Source: Octopus bimaculoides
Lineage: Eukaryota
Length of the DNA stretch: 64,000 bases
Direction: 5' to 3'
Assembly (NCBI RefSeq): GCF_001194135.2
Contig: NC_068986.1
Location: forward strand, 37,937,143 to 38,001,142
Positions 1 through 9,333 of this stretch are shown in pieces (the stretch's first letter is position 1; each line of letters starts with the position of its first letter). A program made the translations under genes and the position numbers. The notes beneath the pieces are model-generated. The model made no database searches, was not told where the DNA came from, and saw nothing but the letters and a program-made list of their open reading frames with translations.

Positions 1-214
1 ATCGCCTGACTGGCCTTCGTGCAGGTGACACATAAAAGCACCTACTACACTCTCTGAGTGGTTGGCGTTAGGAAGGGCATCCAGCTGTAGAAACTCTGCC
101 AAATTTAGATTGGAGCCTGGTGTTGCCATCCGGTTTCACCAGTCCTCAGTCAAATCGTCCAACCCATGCTAGCATGGAAAGCGGACGTTAAACGATGATG
201 ATGATGATGATGAT
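1..214 (+). mobile_element. 5'-truncated RTE LINE 3' end with (GAT)n tail
   Basis: Same sequence as the 3' UTR and tail of the RT-bearing RTE copy at 52545-54693 (GGAAGGGCATCCAG...CCAACCCATGCTAGCATGGAAAGCGGACGTTAAACGATGATG). Confidence 0.85.
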
Positions 215-420
215 AATTTAATGTTTCTTTTTCCATGTTGGCATGGGTTGGACAGTTCAACAGGACTTGCCAAGCCAGAGGATTGCACCAAGCTATAATG
301 TCTGTTTTGGCATGGTTTCTATGACTAGATGCCCTTCCTAATGCCAACCACTTTACAGAGTGTACTCGGTGCTTTTTAGATGATAACAACACAAGTTCAC
401 CAAGTACTTGCACCCACTCA
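215..420 (-). mobile_element. older RTE 3' end, tail-to-tail with the 1-214 copy
   Basis: Reverse-complement RTE tail motifs (TTTCCATGTTGGCATGGGTTGGAC; GATGCCCTTCCTAATGCCAACCAC). Confidence 0.75.
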
Positions 421-594
421 ACTAAGTGGAGTATAGCATTGAAGGATGTGAAAGTATGGTAGATGAACAAGTGTCTTATTGAAGAGTTGAATACATATAT
501 TTTGCTGAGTTAACATGTATGTCTTCTATCATGAAAAAAAAAACCAAGAAAATGAATTCATCATTGAGTAACTAAGTTTGTTTTATATTTCCAG

Positions 595-728
595 AATTAT
601 CATTTAAAATTTGCATATAAAACTTCAACCTGGCATGGGCATGCTGCCACAATTGCTGAATCAAAGGACGATGTTGTTTGGGGAGTGGTTTATGAAATGA
701 ACACTTCAAATATAGACTCATTAGACAA
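595..728 (+). CDS. GGCT: gamma-glutamylcyclotransferase, internal exon (first coding exon lies upstream of the window)
   Basis: ttccag acceptor, gtaagt donor. Translates NYHLKFAYKTSTWHGHAATIAESKDDVVWGVVYEMNTSNIDSLD, matching GGCT TWHGGIATI...VWGVVW...NSLD. Phase 2 joins 2310. Confidence 0.9.
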
Positions 729-1269
729 GTAAGTAGCATAAATTTATTATAAACTGATTAATTGCTATTAATATATTTACCAACCGTTTTAAACTCCAGT
801 TTCTATATGATGTTAATAATGGATATTCTGTTTATTAAATTCTAATTTAAGAGGACCTGTGAAGGCCACAGTTGTAACTCCTTTCTCCAGATCAATTCAA
901 TTGGGAAAAGGTGGAAAAAAAGTTGAACTGGAGAGGCTGTCTGTGAAAGAACTAAAATGTCACCTCTTCCCTCGATCAACTCTTGTTCGGAGTTACGACT
1001 CTCCAGAACAAGTTGCCTGTAATGCACTTTGCAAACTCTGGATCTCCTTCATCTATTCATTCCTTTTTTTTAAAAAGTTTTCTTTAGGTCTTTCCTATCA
1101 CTTTACTGAAAACAAATATTCCCACATTTAGTTTACCTGTAAGGTTGACAGTAATCTTTTAGCACTATTTCTCTCAGTCTCAATTATTTCCAATACATCC
1201 ATAATTTGACTGCCATTAATAGAGTTTTAATATGATGGGGAGTTGAGTAATTGTCTTGGTCTTTATTCT

Positions 1270-1425
1270 TTGTTATCTGTTGGCATTAGGAAGGGCATCT
1301 GGCTATAGAAACCATGCCAAATCAGGCTGGAACCTGGTACAGATCTTTGACTTACCAGTTCCAGTCAAACAGTCTAAGCCGTGTCAGAATGGAAAGCAAA
1401 CATTAAATGATGATGATGATGATGA
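1270..1425 (+). mobile_element. RTE 3' end fragment
   Basis: TTGGCATTAGGAAGGGCATC...TTAAATGATGATGATG tail. Confidence 0.75.
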
Positions 1426-1599
1426 TCTTATAATTTGGCTTCCAAGAAATTTTGCAATTGTATTTATCTGTAGCTATTGTATGGGATGTAAAGCAAAATG
1501 TTAATTTGAAACTGTGAAATGCAAAACTACTAGCACTCATCTCACTTCTTGTCATAGTCCCACTCCTGTGTCCTAACCCATTAAACCTCCACTAACATT

Positions 1600-1710
1600 T
1601 CACTCAATTTCTCATGTAAGCTGCATCCTCTTTGTCCACATTTTCCCTGTAAATATCAACTTGCATCTGTTCAAACTGAACATCAACAGAATCAGTCTCA
1701 TTAGTCTAGT
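1600..1710 (+). mobile_element. decayed CR1/Jockey-like LINE ORF2 C-terminus
   Basis: Reads HIFPVNINLHLFKLNINRI, the same HxFP..FKxNIN ending seen at about 16440, 27150 and 28860. Confidence 0.45.
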
Positions 1711-2309
1711 AGGGCCAACAAATTTTGCTATAAATATCCTTTCAAAGCTATCTAAACCAGTGTTTCTCAGAGATGAGGGCTGCAGTTCCTCAGTGTAGAC
1801 ACTCATTCCTATCCGCTCCAGCCTGTATATTGAGGAAATATCTGTCTTATTTAAAATACTTTCAATCCAGGAGGGTCCTCCAGATACTGCCCCTTCTCCT
1901 TAGAGCAAGGGCAGCAACTATTCTTTTCTAATGGCTCACTGGGTTTTTTTTTTTTCCCCCTTAAATTTACCTATAGCCCACATGTATTGAATCATACTTC
2001 ACATGTAAAAACATCCTTGCATACCCTCCTCATTTCCATTACTGACTATGCTTCTGTAAAAAAATTGATAAATTGTGATACTAAAAAAAAACTATATTAG
2101 AGCTCAACTGCTCAATGGCCTGTAAACATTAAGATAGAAATTTTTTTTCGAAAGGCCCAAGACTCATGGAGGAGACTTCAATAGTTCACTTGAGGGTTGT
2201 GGCCCACCTGCCTTTGAGTATCTTATAAATGTTTAAATCTTGTTTTAACTGTTTATCTTGCATTGCCATTATATTCCAAGCTATCTCACTATATTTCAAT
2301 TTATTTCAG

Positions 2310-2583
2310 ACAAGAAGGAGTTGATAAAAATATATATCGTCCAATTAAAGTCACAGTTAAGAGTATGAATGATGTGTTATATGATTGCCGTACATACCAG
2401 TTGCTGAAAAGAGACTTTGGAGAACCATCCCCTCAGTATAAGGATATTATTGTGCGAGGAGCTTTAGCTAGTGGTATACCAAATGACTATATTAAATTTC
2501 TAAAATCAATTCCAGATAATGGAAACAAAAACAAAGTGCCTATTTATGATAAAATTCTTTCTTTATTAGAAGATTCAAAATAA
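2310..2583 (+). CDS. GGCT: gamma-glutamylcyclotransferase, last coding exon
   Basis: tttcag acceptor. (K)QEGVDKNIY...CRTY...PSPQYKDIIVRGA...GIP.DY...LKSIPDNG, stop TAA. Contains the catalytic QEG Glu and the PSPQY motif. Confidence 0.92.
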
Positions 2584-2959
2584 TTCAACTAATTTATATC
2601 TATATGTTTTAAACTTGGATTTTTACATGCTAGTTCAAATATTTAAAATTCATTGAACTTCATTCAAATTTTTATATTAGACTTCAATCTTATATACATA
2701 GTATGCTTTCTAGCATTGTGTTTTTAAGGAACTTTTCCCAGACAAAATACCACAGATTCTGGCAATTAAACAACACACATACATTAAATATGCCATATTG
2801 ATAATATTTACATTATAGAACTGCTTCTATTATTCGATTTGAATTTATTCTACTCATGTGGTGTGATCACAAATCAGCAGCTAATTTATATACTATTCAT
2901 ATATACTTCAGACTAGCTATTTCAGTTTTGTTTCAAAAGTGACACAAGTATACAAATAT

Positions 2960-3265
2960 GCATGATCAAATGATTGAGAAGTTTGTTTTGCAACCAAGAA
3001 GTCTCAGTTTCAATCTCACTGTATGACCTCTGGGTCAAATTTCATTCTCTATTGCCTTGAGTGAAATTGGATGGATGGAAACTGAAAAGAAGCTTATCAG
3101 ATGGATTGTACTTGCAATTCCAAAAGTCCAGCTGTGTCACATTGATTCTACTCAAGAATTACATTAATGGTTACACATATTTGTGGAATATTCAGCCAAT
3201 ATACATTAATTCAGAAGTAAATGAAAATTCAGCTGATCAAACAATTGAACCAGAGATCACCTAAC
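2960..3265 (+). mobile_element. degenerate tRNA-derived SINE
   Basis: Decayed head plus GGAAACTGAAAAGAAGC core shared with the SINEs at 15674 and 25500. Confidence 0.45.
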
Positions 3266-4183
3266 TTAAGGTGTGCCTGGCTATCTGGAGTCATTTCAAC
3301 TCTGGCCACTGATATGGGCAACTGTTTCTACAGGTCTTAGGTCTGTGACTTGGCTGTGAGAAAGTATGGTCAGTTGGCAACTTATAATAGAGTTCAAGGA
3401 ATTGCAGGAGCATTTCAAGCCAGTAGAGATCAGACTACCAAACCGCTACCTTTGTAGCCAGCTTGAACAATGACACCATGTGGGGGTGACAGAATATCCG
3501 TCAAATGTAAATAATGTAAATAAGAGAATGCTGACAGTTCAAATCCAGATGTTGAGGCCCCCTAAAGGCTCCAAAAATTGAAATAATTTGAATGTGTAGT
3601 AACACAAGCTGAAACAGACCAGTGAAACAATTGGAGAGAATGGGTCCAGACAGCCTGTGGTGGAAAAAAGGAACACATCTTTGTGTGATAGAAGAATCAC
3701 TCAATATTGGTCCAGATCAAGAATCATCCACAGATGGAGCAAGGGATATGAATCCAAAGACTGTGGCTGACAAACATCTTGCCATTTCTGTAATCATCAA
3801 CTCTTTCCAATGCATCGTAGATGATAATAGATATTAGTTCAAAGAAAATAGTTAAGTACATGATACAAACATAATAGAGAAAATATTGCTTAATAAAATC
3901 AAATTCTTCAATGTACTTAAAACAGAAAATGGCTTTAGAGTAAAATAAGAAAAGGGTTTTTACAAAACTTCAATTCTGGCTCATAGTACTATATTGTTTT
4001 GTTTCTTTTTATCAGTTATATTTGGAAACAAATCATCTATTATAGACCTGATTATATTTAAGAGAAAACCTTTTGAAAACAAACAATTTATTATACATCT
4101 AATTATGTTCAACACAAAACTACTGTTTAAATGTTTCTGAATGGTTTAAAAAAACACACTTCAATTTCAGAATATTTAATAAA

Positions 4184-4185
<2 letters not shown>

Positions 4186-4230
<45 letters not shown>
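4186..4230. repeat. (TA)n microsatellite; many similar TA, GA and CA tracts occur, e.g. 4376-4435, 14780-15090, 19931-20020, 25920-25965, 34425-34590, 36638-36722
   Basis: Direct reading of the sequence. Confidence 0.95.
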
Positions 4231-4232
<2 letters not shown>

Positions 4233-4486
4233 CATCTGGCCCTTCCTGAATGACTCATAGGTTAATGATCAGCTGCACACAAAGATGTACTTAGCATCCT
4301 CATATGACATGAATATGGTATTTATTTTAAGCTGGTCTGATTTTGGTATCTCGCTGAATCTTACATGAAAATCATGAGAGAGAGAGAGAGAGAGAGTGAG
4401 ACACACACACACACACATACATACATACACACACTACTCACAAAAGAGTTTCTCTAAACCCACCAACTATTTGCAAAAAACTTCCA

Positions 4487-4690
4487 TCATCATCATTTAA
4501 TGTCCACTTTTTCATGCTTGCATGGGTCAGACGGAATTTGCTGAAGCAACATTTCTATGATAGGCCCTTCCTGTTGCAAACCCTCACCTATTTCCAAGCA
4601 AGCTAATATTTCCCCATAACCAGACATATTTTTCACAGAGGACTGGAACCAAACATCATTTGTATGATGGTCATGCTCATTTATAACCAT
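4487..4690 (-). mobile_element. RTE-related 3' end (variant family)
   Basis: (ATC)n followed by TTTAATGTCCACTTTTTCATGCTTGCATGGGTC and GCCCTTCCTGTTGC. Confidence 0.6.
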
Positions 4691-4769
4691 CGAGTGATGT
4701 CATGACAAAGGCACAGGCACACACACACACACACACATATACATACATACAACCAACCTTTGACCAAGA

Positions 4770-5030
4770 CCTTTGGTGATGTATCATGTTTGAGAAGATC
4801 CATGAAGCCAAGTGAAATTGTAGTCATGGCAGATACTGTTGTCACATAACTGGCATGTAAAAAAGCACCCATTACACTCTCGGAATGGTTGGCATTAGGA
4901 AGGGCATCCAGCCATTGAAAACATGCCAAATCAGATTGGAACCTGGTGCAGCCTTCCAGCTTACCAGTTTCAGTCAAATCATCTAACCTATGTCAACATG
5001 GAAAGCAGATGCTAAATGATGATGATGACA
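4770..5030 (+). mobile_element. RTE 3' end fragment
   Basis: CAAGCCAAGTGAAAT ORF end, 3' UTR and (GAT)n tail. Confidence 0.75.
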
Positions 5031-5552
5031 ACAGGCTTCTTTCAGTTTCCATCTACCAAATTCACTTGCAAAGCTTTGGTTGTCTTGAGTCCATAATAGA
5101 AGACATTTGCTCAAGGTGCTGCACAGTGGAACTGAACTCAAGACTACATGGGTGGAAAGCAAGCTTTTCAACCACACAGCCACACCTATACCTGTTCAAA
5201 AACAATAGCACTTTCAAAGTTTATATACCAATTTACTTACAAACAGCAAATATGTGATCTACAGTTGTCAAGGCAATAAAGTGGAAATATGTTATGTTCA
5301 AAATTTCAATTCAAACTCATTTTGTATCAACATTTAGAAAAAAATGTACAGTTAATGATTTATATTAAATAGCAATTACTACTTTTGTACCTCGTGAATA
5401 GTTTGTGTTGTCCATAGAAAATATTTTATCCCCCACCCAAATACACTGTGTTTACTTGTCCTGTTTTTACGTATTTCATGTTGTTTGCATAGTTGTTGAT
5501 GTCCTGTACCCATATATGCATATATATATATATATATATCCTTATAAAAAGT

Positions 5553-5913
5553 TGTAGTAACGCTGTGCGCATGCGTAGTCTCACACATGCATGGAATTCA
5601 ACAACCAAGCGTTCCCGCTTCTATTCTGTCTCTTTCTTGCTGGCCAGCGATTGAGCATGGACGTGTTTAGCTGTCTCTCTCCATCTTTCGAACTTACGCT
5701 CGACAGCTCGCTTACATCTACATACCAACGTCCCAACAACAATGCTCACACACACAGAAGCTGTAACAACAAACAAGAGTTAAAGATGTATATATTTACC
5801 ACCTGAATAAATGTTGTTTAAGTTGATAGTCTGGAGTTCAGCGTTCCGTTATATTCTCAATTTTATATAGGAAAGTGGTGTACATCTAATGATGTATAAC
5901 CCACTTTCCTATA
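5553..5913 (+). repeat. 5' LTR
   Basis: TGTAGT start, internal AATAAA, terminal hairpin ending CCACTTTCCTATA. Confidence 0.85.
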
Positions 5914-5916
5914 AAG

Positions 5917-5949
5917 TGGTGACCCCCGACGTGATTCGAACACGCAGCC
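5917..5949 (+). other. primer-binding site complementary to the 3' end of tRNA-Trp(CCA)
   Basis: TGGTGACCCC(C)GACGTGATTCGAACACGCAGCC is the reverse complement of the eukaryotic tRNA-Trp 3' end including CCA, apart from one extra C. Confidence 0.85.
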
Positions 5950-5951
5950 CG

Positions 5952-7040
5952 NNNNNNNNNNNNNNNNNNNNNNNNNNNNNNNNNNNNNNNNNNNNNNNNN
6001 NNNNNNNNNNNNNNNNNNNNNNNNNNNNNNNNNNNNNNNNNNNNNNNNNNNNNNNNNNNNNNNNNNNNNNNNNNNNNNNNNNNNNNNNNNNNNNNNNNNN
6101 NNNNNNNNNNNNNNNNNNNNNNNNNNNNNNNNNNNNNNNNNNNNNNNNNNNNNNNNNNNNNNNNNNNNNNNNNNNNNNNNNNNNNNNNNNNNNNNNNNNN
6201 ATAAGCTCTGCCAAACATACGCCTCACTTCTTTCACATACAGACTCATACTATTGTGTACTCAAGAACTTGGTATAAAACTCTCACGTGTACTGACTTTC
6301 TATCTGCTGTGATATCTCACATACATATAGACAGCCTGTCTTTTATTATGTTCTTATATGTCGCAGTCACACTCTCACATACACATACATCTTTTATGCC
6401 ACACTAAATATCTCTTGTTATTCATTTCATACGGTTGTTTTTTTTCTATCGTCTTATTACTGGTATTTACGAAATCTATGTTATCGTAGTATAACATATT
6501 TGTATATCATCATTGAAAAATTAATTTTGTGTTCGACGTGTGACACGTTTAAATAAAAGGAGTCCTCTGTTTTTCCATTCGTCACCATTTCTCNNNNNNN
6601 NNNNNNNNNNNNNNNNNNNNNNNNNNNNNNNNNNNNNNNNNNNNNNNNNNNNNNNNNNNNNNNNNNNNNNNNNNNNNNNNNNNNNNNNNNNNNNNNNNNN
6701 NNNNNNNNNNNNNNNNNNNNNNNNNNNNNNNNNNNNNNNNNNNNNNNNNNNNNNNNNNNNNNNNNNNNNNNNNNNNNNNNNNNNNNNNNNNNNNNNNNNN
6801 NNNNNNNNNNNNNNNNNNNNNNNNNNNNNNNNNNNNNNNNNNNNNNNNNNNNNNNNNNNNNNNNNNNNNNNNNNNNNNNNNNNNNNNNNNNNNNNNNNNN
6901 NNNNNNNNNNNNNNNNNNNNNNNNNNNNNNNNNNNNNNNNNNNNNNNNNNNNNNNNNNNNNNNNNNNNNNNNNNNNNNNNNNNNNNNNNNNNNNNNNNNN
7001 NNNNNNNNNNNNNNNNNNNNNNNNNNNNNNNNNNNNNNNN
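5952..7040. other. assembly gaps 5952-6200 and 6594-7040 (others: 11052-11720, 14239-14628, 55791-55889, plus several 10-bp gaps)
   Basis: N runs. ORF-track entries spanning them are artefacts. Confidence 1.
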
Positions 7041-7414
7041 CTTTTATAGAATATTCCGTACCAGGTAACCGGTCACAACTAGCCTCCGACGCTCAACTAC
7101 AGCTCTGCTCATGGACCACAACTTCTTGCGTATGGACATTCTATCACCTTGTGGAATTTTTATACGAACTGGATTTTTCTCTACAGACACTTTTAATATG
7201 TTCTGTGTTTTTTCTCACACACACTTGTGCACTCACACATTTTCTTTCATTTGTACATTGCATGCATGTTCTCATGAGTGCACATTCATTTCTTTCATTT
7301 TTTCTTTGTGTGTGTTTGTGCTACATCTTGTGGGTGGTTTTCGGTGGCCATCCTGCCTCAGCCGTTCCAACAGATTTCATATTATTGTGCGTTTCTGCAC
7401 TGGCAAGGGAGCCC

Positions 7415-7775
7415 TGTAGTAACGTTGTGCGCATGCGTAGTCTCACGCATGCATGGAATTCAACAATCAAGCGTTCCAGCTTCTATTCTGTCTCTTTCTT
7501 GCTGGCCAGCGATTGAGCATGGACGTGTTTAGCTGTCTCTCTCCATCTTTCAAACTTACGCTCGACAGCTCGCTTACATCTACATACCAACGTCCCAACA
7601 ACAATGCTCACACACACAGAAGCTGTAACAACAAACAAGAGCTAAAGATGTATATATTTACCACCTGAATAAATGTTGTTTAAGTTGATAGTCTGGAGTT
7701 CAGCATTCCGTTAATTTCTTAATTTTATATAGGAAAGTGGTGTACATCTAATGATGTATAACCCACTTTCCTATA
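7415..7775 (+). repeat. 3' LTR
   Basis: About 97% identical to 5553-5913, preceded by a PPT-like tract and followed by AAGT. Confidence 0.85.
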
Positions 7776-8093
7776 AAGTAAAGTTTGTACATTGAGTGCT
7801 GAAAACACAAAATAAAATTGATAATATTTCAGATAACTATGCACTTATTTTCCAAAAACAGATTGGGGATGGGGAGAGAGTTGGTGGTGTATTGGCTCTT
7901 ATTTCTAGCAATCCATGTACTATTTTACTGTAATGTCTATACATCGTTATAAAAAGCAAACTTTGTATGTTAACCACTGAAAACACTAAATATAAAAAGC
8001 AAAGTTTGTTTCTTTCTATGTATCGAACTGTCCAAACACAGCATTGACCATCACTCCAAGTCCTTCCGCTAAGGAACGATGATATTCTGTGTC

Positions 8094-8325
8094 ATATGGC
8101 GTAGTGGTTAAGAGCGCGGGCTACTAACCCCAAGGTTCTGAGTTCTATTCACGGCAGCGACCTGATTAATAATAGTAATAATAATAATAATAATATAATA
8201 ATAATAACATCGTTAGGAATGAGAACCCAGGTTCGAAATTTCCCCAAGACACCTGACGAAGGCTGGAGGGTATATCAGCCGAAACGTTGTGTTAACAACA
8301 AACAAGATGAGGACAAATATCCGAC
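8094..8325 (+). mobile_element. tRNA-headed SINE with a hammerhead-like 3' domain
   Basis: A box TGGCGTAGTGGTTAAG, decayed B box, (AAT)n spacer, then the 3' domain. A fragment of the same family's tail (AATATCCGTCAAATGTAAATAATG) is at 3494-3522. Confidence 0.75.
8248..8293 (+). ncRNA. minimal type I hammerhead ribozyme-like motif
   Basis: ACAC-CTGACGA-A-GGCTG(gagggtatat)CAGCC-GAAA-CGTT-GTGT: intact CUGANGA and GAAA core, 5-bp stem II, 4-bp stem I, palindromic AACGTT stem III. Confidence 0.6.
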
Positions 8326-8381
8326 AAAAGAGAGAGAGAGACAGAGACAGAGACAGACAGACAGACAGCTCGCTCCGGCCA

Positions 8382-8483
8382 GTCATGGTATTAGCTGTCA
8401 GTAGCCAAAGAATCAACTCAAACCAGCAGTAACGTTCCTTGTCAGATTTTTCTACTTTCACTTCTGACAGCTAATACAATGAC
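8382..8483. repeat. inverted repeat (about 100-nt hairpin)
   Basis: GTCATGGTATTAGCTGTCAG (8382-8401) vs CTGACAGCTAATACAATGAC (8464-8483), 19/20 complementary. Confidence 0.85.
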
Positions 8484-8499
8484 AGTGCCATAATGTAAA

Positions 8500-8645
8500 T
8501 AAGGTACAACTCATTTTTGCCAGTTGAAAAGACTTAAATAACATGAATAAAGTGTCTTGCTCAAGACAAAACACGCCGTTGAAATCGAACCCGCGACCTT
8601 ACGATCGCGAGGCGAATACCTAACCACTAAATCACGCATCTTCAC
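8500..8645 (-). mobile_element. tRNA-derived SINE head
   Basis: The reverse strand reads GTGATTTAGTGGTTAGG...GGTTCGATTTC...TTGAGCAAGACAC (A and B boxes). Confidence 0.7.
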
Positions 8646-8750
8646 ACATATACACACAATCTATATTCAGTGGTAGTTTTTCAGGGGCGATAACTCTTAA
8701 ATTTGACTTTAAATTCTGTGAACTTCTTTCTAACCTGGAAGGAATTTAAC

Positions 8751-9333
8751 ATGTTGAAGAGCTCAGCTGTTGTATCAGTAAAATGGTTGGCATCAAGAAT
8801 GGCTTCAAAAGACCCATGCATTCGTATTCTGGATGGATCTTTTCATATGCCAGCAGCTAACCGTGATCCGAAGGCAGAGTATACAGCGAAACACATTCCT
8901 GGTGCTCTGTTTTTCGACATTAACGAGTGCGCCAATCAGAATTCCCCATACCCCCATATGTTACCATCACCTGAAGAATTTGAAGATTATGTACGTCGAA
9001 TGGGAATTAAAAATAACAGTCATGTTATTGTCTATGATACCAGTGAAAAGTTCGGGCTTTTTTCTGCAGCCCGTGTTTGGTGGACCTTTCGAGTATTTGG
9101 TCACGATTCCGTGTCAGTGTTAGATGGAGGATTACCTAAATGGCTTTCACTGAACCAATCGGTCACTGATAAAGTGGGGACTTTCACACCGTCTACATTT
9201 ATTGCCAAATACCGCCCCGAACTTGTTAAGAATTTTAACGATATCAATGATAATATCGAAAATAAATTCAGCCAGGTTGTTGATGCACGTCCCGAAGGCA
9301 GATTTCAAGGAACTGCTCCAGAACCCCGCGCAG
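8751..9333 (+). CDS. MPST: MPST exon 1
   Basis: First ATG after the in-frame TAA at 8691; donor G|gtaaat. Confidence 0.9.

Larger units (their letters stand above)
5553..7775 (+). mobile_element. non-autonomous LTR retroelement (two 361-bp LTRs, tRNA-Trp PBS, no recognisable coding interior)
   Basis: Direct repeats 5553-5913 and 7415-7775 start TGTAGT and differ at about 10 of 361 positions. AAGT flanks both ends (TSD; AAAGT also fits). PBS follows the 5' LTR and purine-rich GGCAAGGGAG precedes the 3' LTR. Two N gaps lie inside. Confidence 0.85.

Noticed and set aside
842-1131. GC-richer patch with short ORFs in the GGCT intron
   Set aside because: No recognisable motif in any frame; probably a decayed repeat.
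3300-3837. Coding-looking patch with a 71-aa ORF
   Set aside because: Other frames have stops and no family could be assigned; probably a TE remnant.
5886-7049. Long ORFs in the track (also 10949-11965, 14205-14703, 55686-55952)
   Set aside because: They are open only because they cross N gaps.
5591-7668. Duplicated 71-aa ORF (MEFNNQAF...) suggesting a tandem gene pair
   Set aside because: Both lie inside the two LTRs and show no protein motif.
8094-8160. tRNA gene-like sequences (also about 8575-8640)
   Set aside because: Acceptor stems and B boxes are decayed and run into SINE bodies, so they are SINE heads, not tRNA genes.
8703-8750. N-terminal extension of MPST (possible mitochondrial presequence)
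   Set aside because: It starts at TTG, has an in-frame stop at 8691 and no presequence character. An upstream exon cannot be excluded.
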